A DNA stretch of 64,000 nt, taken from the NCBI GenBank assembly GCA_963729895.1, contig CAVSQB010000023.1:14030-78029 (forward strand), given 5' to 3'. Under the pieces are notes generated by a model. That model made no database searches. It was not told the origin of the DNA and saw only the letters and a list, made by a program, of their open reading frames with translations. The position numbers and the translations under genes were made by a program. This DNA is from an uncultured Fibrobacterota bacterium. GTDB lineage: Bacteria; Fibrobacterota; Chitinivibrionia; Chitinivibrionales; FEN-1185. The first letter of the stretch is position 1. Each line of letters begins with the position of its first letter. This document shows, piece by piece, positions 37,512 through 46,712 of the stretch.

Positions 37512-38813
37512 TCACATCGTTCTGCCCCATTTGAGCGCGTTTGCCATAACGCCGAAATTCAGGTCGGGCTGGACATATTCCTGGCCTTTTTGCACAAACG
37601 GTATATAAACGAGAGAGCTTGACAACAGTGACAGCGACAGATTTCTTATCTCCGGGAGGGTCTTCTGTCTGGCCGGGCTGATGTCGCCCAGCACAACACC
37701 CGCCGCCTCGAAGCCTTCGCGTGCAGGCAGCGTCACCGGGTAGAACGCCGAATCTTTCGGGAACATCCCGGCAAATGCAGTTTCTTTCTGGTTGAGCGTC
37801 ATGAGTCTGGCAAGCAGGAGGAACAGGTTTGGGTTGGCCTTGAACGCAGGCACCCAGAAATAGAATTTCTGGCGCTCCAGTGCGGGGAACACCGGCCGCG
37901 GCGTTTTTGTCAGGCGGATGAAATCGGCGATCGAACCCAGCGCCAAGGGCTTTGCGGAGACATCCAGGCGCCAGAACGGGAGCCACAGGTCTGCGGCAAT
38001 GGCAGAGCTGCACAGAAAAAGATCAAGCGGCGCCAGGCCTCTATCGGCCGCGCTCCATGCCCGGCCGCAATTACCGCACACCAGCGCGAGGCTGTCGTTT
38101 TCGGCCCCGAGGCCCGCCCCGCATTCCGGACACAGCGTGGAAATAAAAGACGGCCCCGGCGGCCTGCAATCGAGCAGCTGCACGCTGTTTTCCGGCCACG
38201 GTTTGAGCTTCTCGCCGGTTATGCCGTCAAAAAGAAAATTCCGGCTGACATAAAAAGGGGAATACACCAGGCTCACCAGCTCGCCGATCAGGGCCTCAAC
38301 CGGCTGCACTGCGGCAAGGGTCCGGTTCTCCGCCACCAGTGTTTCGGCGTGGTGCAAAGACGTGACTGCCTCCACGAATTCCTTCTGCCGTGCGAGCGAA
38401 TGCGCCGCGTTCGATTTTACTGATGCGAAATCCGATTGCGGAGCAAGAAAAACGCCCGTGGACAAAGGCTCAACAAATTTCATGTGAAGCGTCTGGGAGC
38501 GTATCCCGAGCGACAGGGGAAAAAGGGAAGGAGGATTTTGTACTGCGCACATGCTGTGGTCGACAAGAGATGGCTCCACGCCGCCGGAAGTCAGGATATA
38601 TCGCGTTCCCTTGCACCGCCAGTAGGGAACAAAAAAATATTCCTGTTCTCGCGTAGGAGATCCGGGAAGATACAGGGACGGAAATTCCTGAAAGAATATA
38701 AAGAGCCGCACGCGGCAATACGGGCAGGAAAAAATACGGTCTGTTTCCGACAGGCTGATGGCCGCGCCGCACTGGGGGCACTGGTGATCCAGGATATAGT
38801 TAGAGCCGTTCAC
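37512..38813 (-). CDS. Zinc-ribbon protein (YdjG-like partner of the SPFH protein)
   Basis: Two CxxC..CxxC ribbons (CPQC/CPYC, CPEC/CGNC), each followed by PYW/PFW motifs. Overlaps the SPFH gene end. Confidence 0.7.
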   Translation of the reverse strand: MNGSNYILDHQCPQCGAAISLSETDRIFSCPYCRVRLFIFFQEFPSLYLPGSPTREQEYFFVPYWRCKGTRYILTSGGVEPSLVDHSMCAVQNPPSLFPLSLGIRSQTLHMKFVEPLSTGVFLAPQSDFASVKSNAAHSLARQKEFVEAVTSLHHAETLVAENRTLAAVQPVEALIGELVSLVYSPFYVSRNFLFDGITGEKLKPWPENSVQLLDCRPPGPSFISTLCPECGAGLGAENDSLALVCGNCGRAWSAADRGLAPLDLFLCSSAIAADLWLPFWRLDVSAKPLALGSIADFIRLTKTPRPVFPALERQKFYFWVPAFKANPNLFLLLARLMTLNQKETAFAGMFPKDSAFYPVTLPAREGFEAAGVVLGDISPARQKTLPEIRNLSLSLLSSSLVYIPFVQKGQEYVQPDLNFGVMANALKWGRTM

Positions 38814-39915
38814 CGCACTGATTGCAAAATGTTGCATTGAAGAGGTTATCGTAGCCGCAGTGCCCGCAGTGCTTTTTCTGCGCCACGGGGGTCACGGGTT
38901 GCCCGCATTGCGGACAGAACTTGGCAAAGGGCGCCAGGTTCTTACCGCACTTTACACACTGGGAAAACACAAGCAACTGGTGTCCGCAGAACAGGCAGAA
39001 TTGCGCTTCCGCCGGTATCTGCTGTCCGCAATCAGGACACTTCTGGGTTGTTTGGACCGCCGCTTCGGACTGCGGCGCAAATTGCCGGGACAGCATGGCC
39101 GGCATCATCAGCCCAAACCCCATAGCTACACCTTCGCCGCCGCTGGGGTTCTGAGCGGCTTTTTCAACGGCCATGGCGGATTTCATTTTCATGAGGTCGT
39201 TGAGATTGTTGAAAATGCCGAGTTTGCTCTTGTCGTCTATGGCCTGCTGCACCTCAAGAGGAGGCGTAATTGCGTTGATGTACAGGCTTGGCAGATCGAG
39301 TCCAAAATGCGCAAAGTCTTCCTGCAGCTGTTTCTTAAGGCCTTCTGCGACCTGGTCGTAGGTGCCGGGCAAGTTGACCATGGTGTCGAGATGTTCACCA
39401 AGGTAGTCGTTGAACCTCGAAACAATAATGCTGCTGAAATAATCCGACAGATCTTCCGTTGAGAAGCCGCCCACGGTTCCCAGCATGGAGTTGATAAACA
39501 AGAGCGGTTGAACTATACGCACGTTGAACATTCCGTGGGCGCGCAGACGAATGAGGCCGAGCTGACTATCCTTGAACGCAACGGGGTCTTTTGTACCCCA
39601 TTTCTGGTTTGTGAATGTCTTGACGTTAAGGATGTACACTTCGGCGCGCAACGGGCTTGTAAACCCCCACGGGATGCTCATGATTTTGTTGAGGATGGGG
39701 ATATTGGCGGTTTGCAGGGTATGTCTCCCTGGGCCAAATACGTGGATTGCCTTGCCGTTATAGAAAAAAACTCCAACCTGGCTCTCGCGGATCACCAATT
39801 GCGCCCCGAACTTGATTTCTCCCGACCCTGTTTCGGGAATGCGCTGCATCATGCGATCACCCGTGGGGTCAAGCCACTCGATGACCTCGAGAAACACAAC
39901 GTTATTGGTGCCCAT
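38800..39915 (-). CDS. SPFH/band-7 domain protein with double zinc ribbon (YdjI-like)
   Basis: EVIEW..GAQLVIRESQVGVF..FGPGRHTL..KWGTKDP..IRLRAHG, plus six C-terminal CxxC motifs. Confidence 0.88.
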   Translation of the reverse strand: MGTNNVVFLEVIEWLDPTGDRMMQRIPETGSGEIKFGAQLVIRESQVGVFFYNGKAIHVFGPGRHTLQTANIPILNKIMSIPWGFTSPLRAEVYILNVKTFTNQKWGTKDPVAFKDSQLGLIRLRAHGMFNVRIVQPLLFINSMLGTVGGFSTEDLSDYFSSIIVSRFNDYLGEHLDTMVNLPGTYDQVAEGLKKQLQEDFAHFGLDLPSLYINAITPPLEVQQAIDDKSKLGIFNNLNDLMKMKSAMAVEKAAQNPSGGEGVAMGFGLMMPAMLSRQFAPQSEAAVQTTQKCPDCGQQIPAEAQFCLFCGHQLLVFSQCVKCGKNLAPFAKFCPQCGQPVTPVAQKKHCGHCGYDNLFNATFCNQCGERL

Positions 39916-40071
39916 GCCTACTCCTTTTGGGTGCGGCGTGTGCCGCACTCGCAAACGATCTACCCTTTCTTGGTTCCGTGATTACATGATACGGTAATTA
40001 CTGGAGAAGTGCAATGGTCAAAAGCAAAAGTGAGGTTGCCGTCCGCAGCTTGGCGGAACGGCAACCTCGTA

Positions 40072-40974
40072 CTAGTCTGGTCTGTTGATGGACCGCATAA
40101 GGAATTTGTGGTTGAGCCACACATAGAATTGGAAAAGAAGGAAGATAAAGATGAGTGCGACAACGATCCCGATTATGATAAAAACAGTGCGATGTTTCGC
40201 AAAGCCGGAGGGTACTTTTTTGCCGCCCGATGGAGTCTGAACGGCCGAAACCGGCGCAGGGCCTGGAGCAACCGCGGAGGTGTCCCTTTGCACCGACGCG
40301 GCAAGCGTTTCGGCAACGTGTGCCGCCGGGGATGGTCGCTCGGTAAGGAGGGAAATCTTCTCAACACCGGGAACGTTGAGTGCCTCCTCGACAAACGCGG
40401 ACTCGTTTTTCCACTTGTTCGAGTAAAGGCTCTTCTGACCGATGCGGACCAAGAACGGTTCCATAGTTTCGTTGGACAATTTGTGGAAACAGTCCCATAT
40501 ATCAATTTTTGCCGCGATCACGCCCCCAAAACGTTTCTTGACAACAATCGGTTCACTCCAGATCACGTAGTATCTGCCGTTATCTTCCGCAAACCCGCAG
40601 AAGGCTTTCTTGCTCTTTGCGACCGTCGTGTACCATTCCACATCACCAACCTTCCGCTTCACCTTTCTTTGAGGCACCTCTCCCCGAATGACTTCGTTGA
40701 GTACCATTCCTCGAGCATTAACCCGCGCAAGATAAGCAAGGGGTTGATGTTTTTTGAGGGACGTGACGAACATCCTGTTCACCGGACTCGTCCGAGGATT
40801 CCCAAGAGCCCGATTCAAGGCAAGCCTGTCGAAATCCTTCTTCAAGACGGCGAAGTAGTTGTCGGCCGTTTCCTGTATGGACTCGGAAAAACATGGGACA
40901 GCAAGACAAAGAAACAGGGCGACCCCCAGCATTCCTTGAAGCCTCACCGAGCCGGGACCTTCTGCACGCGGCAT
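40072..40974 (-). CDS. Hypothetical membrane-anchored periplasmic protein
   Basis: Signal-like N-terminus, Pro/Ala linker and C-terminal TM. Confidence 0.6.
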   Translation of the reverse strand: MPRAEGPGSVRLQGMLGVALFLCLAVPCFSESIQETADNYFAVLKKDFDRLALNRALGNPRTSPVNRMFVTSLKKHQPLAYLARVNARGMVLNEVIRGEVPQRKVKRKVGDVEWYTTVAKSKKAFCGFAEDNGRYYVIWSEPIVVKKRFGGVIAAKIDIWDCFHKLSNETMEPFLVRIGQKSLYSNKWKNESAFVEEALNVPGVEKISLLTERPSPAAHVAETLAASVQRDTSAVAPGPAPVSAVQTPSGGKKVPSGFAKHRTVFIIIGIVVALIFIFLLFQFYVWLNHKFLMRSINRPD

Positions 40975-41227
40975 GATGCCCTCCTTCTTGGAAAAAGGAC
41001 TTATTCCTGAATAATAAATAGTAAATGGGGTGAAAAGATGAAAATAACTATTTCAAAACATTTTTCTGTGGCTGAAGGTGCGAAGTGGAACCGCAGTCTG
41101 GCACGGCGACCGGAATGCACCTCAGCGTAACCTCCGGGTTTGGTGACCCGAATGTTACGCCGGGCAAACACACGACCGGAATTGCCTTACAGCGCCGGTG
41201 TTATTTTGATTTTGAGACAAACGGGAA

Positions 41228-42499
41228 TCAAAGGCCGGCTCTTTTCGGCGTTCCCAATTGACCGGTGGATGTTCCAGGGTAAAGTTGACTTATGAGCGTC
41301 TGAGCGGCGCTCCAGTTTCTTCCATAATTATTGTACGCGGGATCCGCGGAAAGGGAATCAAGAACAATTGATTTCTTCGCCGTGCCGAGATTCGGCCACT
41401 CCTGGTCGTTGCTTCCGCCCGCGAATGCCACCCAATCCATTACCGTGTCTCCACCCGCCCTGGAACGAAGGGAAAGCCAGTTTCCGCCCGATGACAGATC
41501 GAGCGCAGAGGAAACGGAGCTGAAAACATCCGCCCAGGGCAGGCTTCTCCTGCCGATCACAAAGAAGGCCTTTGGCCCGATTGAAACAACTCCATATGGG
41601 CGGCACGTACCGTCGATTTCTACAAACAGGGAATCGTTGTAGGTTGCACCGGCGGGATTGTAAACCTCAACGTATTCCGAATCGTTCGCATTATACATTA
41701 TCTCCGAAATGATGAGGCGGCCGGTTTCAAAGGCGATTGTGTTCTGGCTGCCTACGCTTCCCGACACCACCGTTATTCCCGGCATTTGAGCGGTCACGGA
41801 AATAGTCGCACCCGTTGTCACCCTGTAGAAACTGCCGGACACGCTCGTGTCCTGCAAAACGGAAAAAACAAGCCAGAGTGCGGACCTGTACACAACAGTT
41901 CCGGCCGTATCCGTTCCTTCGATTACCAGGGAATCGCTTGTCTTATCGGGCACGTCATCGATACTCAAGTAGAGTTTTGTCGACCTGTTTGCGCAAGATG
42001 AAAGTCCGTCGAATGAAGCACAAACACTCAAAACGCTGGTGGGTATGTTGGAAAGGTCTATGTAAATGGATCCCAGGACTGGAACCAACGTGAAATCCAG
42101 CGTTTTTACTTCTGAAGGTGAAATGTCGACAACTTGCGGTGTTGTAGTATGAATGACGAGGTTATTCTTTGTTTTCGTAAAGACGGTGAACGCCCGTTTT
42201 TTTCCGGCAGGAACGTTTTCCACAGACGCGGAAATGTATGGATCGGAAGGACTGAACTTGAATGAAAGCATCATGGTGTCCATGTCGTTTCCGGTTATCA
42301 TTACCACGAGGCTGTCCCAGGTTGTTTCCTCAGTCGCCTGCGTCTTTGCCAGGACATTCTGCGTTTGCGTCTTAGCAAGCGAGGCCCAGATTTCAGCACT
42401 TCCGGTTTTGGATTTTGAATAACCGGAGGGGTTGTTGGCGCACGAGGACAAAACCAGTAATGCACCTGCCGCGAATCCCGCCACCCATTGCTTCTTCAT
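41228..42499 (-). CDS. Lipoprotein with lamin-tail domain (LTD)
   Basis: Lipobox LSSC and LIISEIMYN..EYVEVYNP LTD signature. Confidence 0.75.
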   Translation of the reverse strand: MKKQWVAGFAAGALLVLSSCANNPSGYSKSKTGSAEIWASLAKTQTQNVLAKTQATEETTWDSLVVMITGNDMDTMMLSFKFSPSDPYISASVENVPAGKKRAFTVFTKTKNNLVIHTTTPQVVDISPSEVKTLDFTLVPVLGSIYIDLSNIPTSVLSVCASFDGLSSCANRSTKLYLSIDDVPDKTSDSLVIEGTDTAGTVVYRSALWLVFSVLQDTSVSGSFYRVTTGATISVTAQMPGITVVSGSVGSQNTIAFETGRLIISEIMYNANDSEYVEVYNPAGATYNDSLFVEIDGTCRPYGVVSIGPKAFFVIGRRSLPWADVFSSVSSALDLSSGGNWLSLRSRAGGDTVMDWVAFAGGSNDQEWPNLGTAKKSIVLDSLSADPAYNNYGRNWSAAQTLISQLYPGTSTGQLGTPKRAGL

Positions 42500-42556
42500 G
42501 AAGGACTCTCCTTTGTTATAATGATGGTTTTCCATCGCACGATTTCGGTGGGAGAT

Positions 42557-42572
42557 TGCATATAATGTGCCA
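42557..42572 (-). promoter_or_regulatory. Sigma54 -24/-12 promoter
   Basis: Minus strand TGGCACA-TTAT-ATGCA (GG-N10-GC), upstream of the LTD lipoprotein. Confidence 0.65.
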
Positions 42573-42661
42573 ATGACTAGGTGAAGCTGTAACCTCTTAT
42601 CGGATAAAACAATTTCTGATAGTCAGCAATTTTACGGCATAAAGCCAGGTCGCAAAACAGG

Positions 42662-42677
42662 TGTGACGGCCGTCACA
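42662..42677. promoter_or_regulatory. Palindromic site TGTGAC-N4-GTCACA
   Basis: TGTGACGGCCGTCACA. Related sites at 44577 and 50015. Confidence 0.55.
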
Positions 42678-42805
42678 TTTCCAGGCCACAGAAGCATTTC
42701 TGCGACAGTACAGTAAGGAAAGGCAAGATTAGATGCTCTAAGAACAGCAGGGGAAAAACCAGAGCCAAAGCATTAAAATTGTTAGAATGGGCTGATCCGC
42801 GGCGG

Positions 42806-43873
42806 CTACGGAAACAAGGCTATCCGTGCCGTCCCGGGACTTCCGTTGGCAGATGATACTCTGACCACAAATACTCCACTCGTTCCAAGTGGTTGGTCCA
42901 AGACGCAAAGGGCTGTTTTTGAATCTTTCATTCTCCAAAGGAGATTTCGCACAAGCCGGCCGTCCACCGTGAAGATGCCGATCCCGGTGGGCGGCCATGA
43001 ACCGGCGGGGCAATCGACAATGACTGCGCGCCTAAAGCCGCCGAGGGCATTTTGAATGACAACCCTGGAGGATGAGGCCGTCTGAAACATGGGCGCGGAA
43101 ACGACCGGCTCACCGCTCCCTTCTTTTGAGAGAAGCGTGATTTCCGAATCGGACATTGCGCGATTGTAAAGCCTGATATCGTCGATGAGCCCGCAAAAGC
43201 ACTTTGCGGCCGTAAAAACGTCCGTCCCGAAATAGGTGGTCCTGTTGTTGGTGGACAACTTCGCATCCGGGATCGATGCGGTTACCTGCCCGGCAGGCAC
43301 TCCGTCCACAAAGAACGCAAGAATTGGTTTTTCCCATTCTACGGCCGCACAGTGCCATCCCGTGTCGTACTCGACAAAGGGCAAGACCAAGAGTTCGGTA
43401 TCCGTGTTGTTGCTCACGATCGCGACCGCTTCCAGACGGCGGCACGGCTTCCCGAGTGAATCCGTGCTATTCGCGATAGTGAGCGATACTTCGCGTCTCT
43501 CGCCGGTGTTGGACAGCTCGTAGGCGTCCCAGAGGTAGCGCGGATCGGCAGTGATTTTTGAGCACGCATCCGCGTCGTACCAGCCGGAAATAACCGCGCT
43601 GTCGCGAGGCAGGTTGAAGGAGGACTTGTTCGGAATAAGGATAAAATCGTCCACTCCGTCAAGATTGCAGGCCAGCCCGCTCCCATTCCTGCCGGCAACA
43701 AAGGGAGTAGGGTTTGTTACAAAAAGTTTGCCGTCATTGAGTGCATGACCCGTAGAGTCGTTGGCATTGCCGTTGAACGGATACCATGCTGCAAGTCCTG
43801 CGGTCGGTACCTGAGCAACCGACACGGCAACGGCAAACATGCAAAAGAGGGAATACTTGATTACGTGTCTCAT
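42806..43873 (-). CDS. Secreted LamG/ConA-like domain protein with T9SS-like C-terminal domain
   Basis: GLAAWYPFNGNANDS, LDGVDDFI, FCGLIDDIRLYNRAMSDSEI. C-terminal IFTVDGRLV..GVFVVRV. Confidence 0.82.
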   Translation of the reverse strand: MRHVIKYSLFCMFAVAVSVAQVPTAGLAAWYPFNGNANDSTGHALNDGKLFVTNPTPFVAGRNGSGLACNLDGVDDFILIPNKSSFNLPRDSAVISGWYDADACSKITADPRYLWDAYELSNTGERREVSLTIANSTDSLGKPCRRLEAVAIVSNNTDTELLVLPFVEYDTGWHCAAVEWEKPILAFFVDGVPAGQVTASIPDAKLSTNNRTTYFGTDVFTAAKCFCGLIDDIRLYNRAMSDSEITLLSKEGSGEPVVSAPMFQTASSSRVVIQNALGGFRRAVIVDCPAGSWPPTGIGIFTVDGRLVRNLLWRMKDSKTALCVLDQPLGTSGVFVVRVSSANGSPGTARIALFP

Positions 43874-43989
43874 CTAGGTTCCAAATATAAGAAAACCGGG
43901 CTGTTTTTTCCTGAAAATAGAAGCAGGGGCAAACCTTGAGGCGCCCCTGCAATCGATCTCGCGACCGTGAACCGGTGTGCAGTACTACA

Positions 43990-44490
43990 CTATGCCTTGC
44001 CGCCTTCTTTTCCTTCTGCCCACGAATCGGAAGCCTGAAGGTTGCCGTCGAGAAATGTCCAGGTGATCTTGCGGTACCGCAGGCTCACATCTTCCATGTG
44101 CGTATAGCGCTCTTTGGTGGGATCTTTCACATGGGGCATGATTGCCTTGACCGAGCAGACCTTGACGCCCTCCAGCTTGTGGTTAAAATATTCCTTTTCG
44201 CTGCCGGTGTCATCGATGTTGTACCACTTGAACTCCGCGGTCTTGAAAGTCTCTCCCTCGCACACCGCCTTGTACAGGTACGGTGAGGACGCGTCGAAAG
44301 CCTTGACAAACGTCAAAGATTCGTGCTTGCGGGTTCCGGTGAGGCGTCCGGTATCCGGATCGGTGGGAATCCGGACTTCGTGATGGAATTCGAGCACCTC
44401 AATGCTGCCCTCGCGGTGGGCAACGTCGACTGAGCCTTTTACGTCGGCCCCTGTTTCATTTTTGATCCACAAATATGCTGCAATTGGCAT
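43990..44490 (-). CDS. hcp: Type VI secretion tube protein Hcp/TssD
   Basis: MPIAAYLWI..KGSVDVAHREGSIEV..TGTRKH..DASSPYLYKAVC..HMEDVSLRYRKITW. Confidence 0.93.
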   Translation of the reverse strand: MPIAAYLWIKNETGADVKGSVDVAHREGSIEVLEFHHEVRIPTDPDTGRLTGTRKHESLTFVKAFDASSPYLYKAVCEGETFKTAEFKWYNIDDTGSEKEYFNHKLEGVKVCSVKAIMPHVKDPTKERYTHMEDVSLRYRKITWTFLDGNLQASDSWAEGKEGGKA

Positions 44491-44568
44491 ACAAGACTCC
44501 TTTCACATTGTAAAGTTTAAGCGGTAGTGTACTTTCGGCCACCGAGAAAAATATACAAACACACGCGC

Positions 44569-44600
44569 TGCCCGTTTGTGACGTACGTCACAAACGGGCA
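44569..44600. promoter_or_regulatory. Perfect 32-bp palindrome between tssC and hcp, centred on TGTGAC-GTAC-GTCACA
   Basis: TGCCCGTTTGTGACGTACGTCACAAACGGGCA. The T-tract lies only on the + (antisense) side. Confidence 0.65.
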
Positions 44601-44608
44601 TTTTTCTT

Positions 44609-46129
44609 TTATTTCCCTTTCGGCATCTGGGACACAAGCGACAGGTTGATGTCGATGCCTTCGATTTGGAAATGCGGCATGACCGAGAGGCTTACCCTGA
44701 AAAATCCGGGGTTGTCCTCGATTTCATTCACCGTGACTTCCGCGGCCTTGAGCGGATGCGTTGAAATCAGGTCCGGACCCGGGTCGTTCATTTCGGTGAC
44801 AAGGCCCTTTATCCATCCGTTGAGTTCGTTCTGGAGCACGACTTTGTTCTTGGTAGACCCGATGTTCTCCCTCTGGATTACTTTGAGATAGTGTGCAATC
44901 CTTGATATAAGGAAAATGTACGGAAGGCGCGAATTGATGCGCATATTCGCGGTTATCATCGGGTTGTCGTATTCGGCGGGCTTCTGGGTCGAGTTCGCCG
45001 AGAAGAAGCAGGCGTAATTCCGGTTCTTGTAGAACGAGAGCGGTATGAATCCTTCCTGGGCAAACTCGAATTCCCTGGTCTCGGGAATAAGGATTTCCGT
45101 CGGAATCTTCATCTGTTTGCCTTTTCCCACATCGTAAATATGAACAGGCAGGTCTTCCACTTTTCCGCCGGCCTCGGGTCCGCGAATCTGGACGCACCAC
45201 CCGTTTTCTACATAGGACCGTACCATGTTGGCGGCAAACGCAAAGGTCGAGTTGCCCCACAGATACTTATCGTGGTCCGTTCCCCTCACGTTCTCGGTGT
45301 AGTTGAATTCCTTCACCGGCTGCGTATCCGGGCCGTAGGGAAGGCGAAGCATAAACCGGGGAAGCATGAGGCCGACGTAACGTGCGTCTTCGGTCTGGCG
45401 GAAAGAATTCCATTTGAGAAACTCGGACCGCTCCATGTAGTTATGCAGGTCCTCGATCTTGGTAAGGTCGTGAATGGTTTCCTTGCCGAAAAATTTCGGG
45501 CTCGCAGTTCCCAGAAACGGGCAATGGCATGCCGCGGAAACTTTTGAAACGCTTTGCAGCAGCGTGATGTCCGATGGGCCGCTGTCGAATTCAAAGTTAG
45601 ACACAATCGAACCGTACGGCTCGCCGCCGGGCGTATCATATTCGCTCACGTACACATGCTTGTAAAGACCCGACTGGATGGTTTCCGGCGCGTCTTCGAA
45701 GTCCTCGGCGAGGTCGTCCTTTGATACGTCGAGAATATCAAGTTTCGCATTCTTCTTGAAATCGATTCGGTCCACAAGGAACTTGAGGCTCCGCCACGAG
45801 GCTTCCATCTTCTGAAAATTGGCGTGATGCATGATCTCGTCGAGCTGGAGCGACAGCTTCCTGTCGATTTCGCCGATGTGATGGTCCAGCATCGCCTTGT
45901 CGATCTTGTCGACGTTCTGGGTGGTTGCCGCCACGCCGTCCACAAACACTGCGAGCGCCGCACTTATGCGCTCGTTGGCGTCACTGTCGGCGAGTACTTC
46001 GGTGTTCTTGTACTCCGATATATCAACTTTCTTCTTCGGAATCGAAAGGTTCATTGTCTGATAGATGTATTCGAGGCCGTGGGCGTCCTGCGCCTGCTTT
46101 CCGGCTGCTTCTTTTTCTTGTTCTGCCAT
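44609..46129 (-). CDS. tssC: Type VI secretion sheath large subunit TssC/VipB
   Basis: FQKMEASWRSL, EYDTPGGEPY, PRFMLRLPYG, IRGPEAGGKVEDLP, SRIAHYLKVIQRENIG and PHFQ. Confidence 0.96.
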   Translation of the reverse strand: MAEQEKEAAGKQAQDAHGLEYIYQTMNLSIPKKKVDISEYKNTEVLADSDANERISAALAVFVDGVAATTQNVDKIDKAMLDHHIGEIDRKLSLQLDEIMHHANFQKMEASWRSLKFLVDRIDFKKNAKLDILDVSKDDLAEDFEDAPETIQSGLYKHVYVSEYDTPGGEPYGSIVSNFEFDSGPSDITLLQSVSKVSAACHCPFLGTASPKFFGKETIHDLTKIEDLHNYMERSEFLKWNSFRQTEDARYVGLMLPRFMLRLPYGPDTQPVKEFNYTENVRGTDHDKYLWGNSTFAFAANMVRSYVENGWCVQIRGPEAGGKVEDLPVHIYDVGKGKQMKIPTEILIPETREFEFAQEGFIPLSFYKNRNYACFFSANSTQKPAEYDNPMITANMRINSRLPYIFLISRIAHYLKVIQRENIGSTKNKVVLQNELNGWIKGLVTEMNDPGPDLISTHPLKAAEVTVNEIEDNPGFFRVSLSVMPHFQIEGIDINLSLVSQMPKGK

Positions 46130-46183
46130 AAGTGTATACTCCTCGTTTTAGTGTGAACGATTGCTACGCAAGGAGGCGGCGCC

Positions 46184-46681
46184 TCACTTCTGTTCCTCCG
46201 CCACGACCTTCTTGAGCTCCTCCTGCAGGGATTTCATTGCCTCAGGGTTCTTGATGATTTCCTCAAGGCGCTTGCGGAATTCCCTGTTATCGAGCAGGTT
46301 GGATTTCAGGTCCTTAAGCAGATTTCTTGCGGCAAGCAGCTTGGACAGCGCGGGGATGCTCTTGGCGACGTTTTCCGGTTTGAACGAATCCATGTTTTTC
46401 ACGTTCAGGTCAACTTTCAGGTCTCCTGTGCCGGTAAGTTTGTTTTCAACATTGTAGTTGAGCTTCAGGTCCATGCTTTCCATGACCTGGGTGAAGTTTT
46501 CCTTGTTGATGCTTATCTTTTCGCGGTCGGAGACCCGATCGCTGTGCTTCTGAAAGGAGAAGTCGCCGACGACAAGCGTTTTGAGGGGCAATTCGATTTT
46601 CTTCTTCGCGTTGCCCTTGCCGACATCAAGCTTAAGGTTAATTCGGGCAGGGGGAATTTCATTTTGAAAACTGCCGGCCAT
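46184..46681 (-). CDS. tssB: Type VI secretion sheath small subunit TssB/VipA
   Basis: SFQNEIPPARINL..IELPLKTLVVGDF..FKPENVA..PALSKLLAARNLLKDLK. Confidence 0.95.
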   Translation of the reverse strand: MAGSFQNEIPPARINLKLDVGKGNAKKKIELPLKTLVVGDFSFQKHSDRVSDREKISINKENFTQVMESMDLKLNYNVENKLTGTGDLKVDLNVKNMDSFKPENVAKSIPALSKLLAARNLLKDLKSNLLDNREFRKRLEEIIKNPEAMKSLQEELKKVVAEEQK

Positions 46682-46712
46682 AGGAACCTACCTTTCTGAG
46701 AGGTGATTATTA

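Noticed and set aside
40009..41010. 333-aa + strand ORF
   Set aside because: Antisense to 40072..40974, which has a signal peptide and TM and matches the orientation of its neighbours.
41140..41180. c-di-GMP-I riboswitch-like words (GGGCAAAC, CCTCCGG)
   Set aside because: The elements are in the wrong order and the GAAA tetraloop stem is missing.
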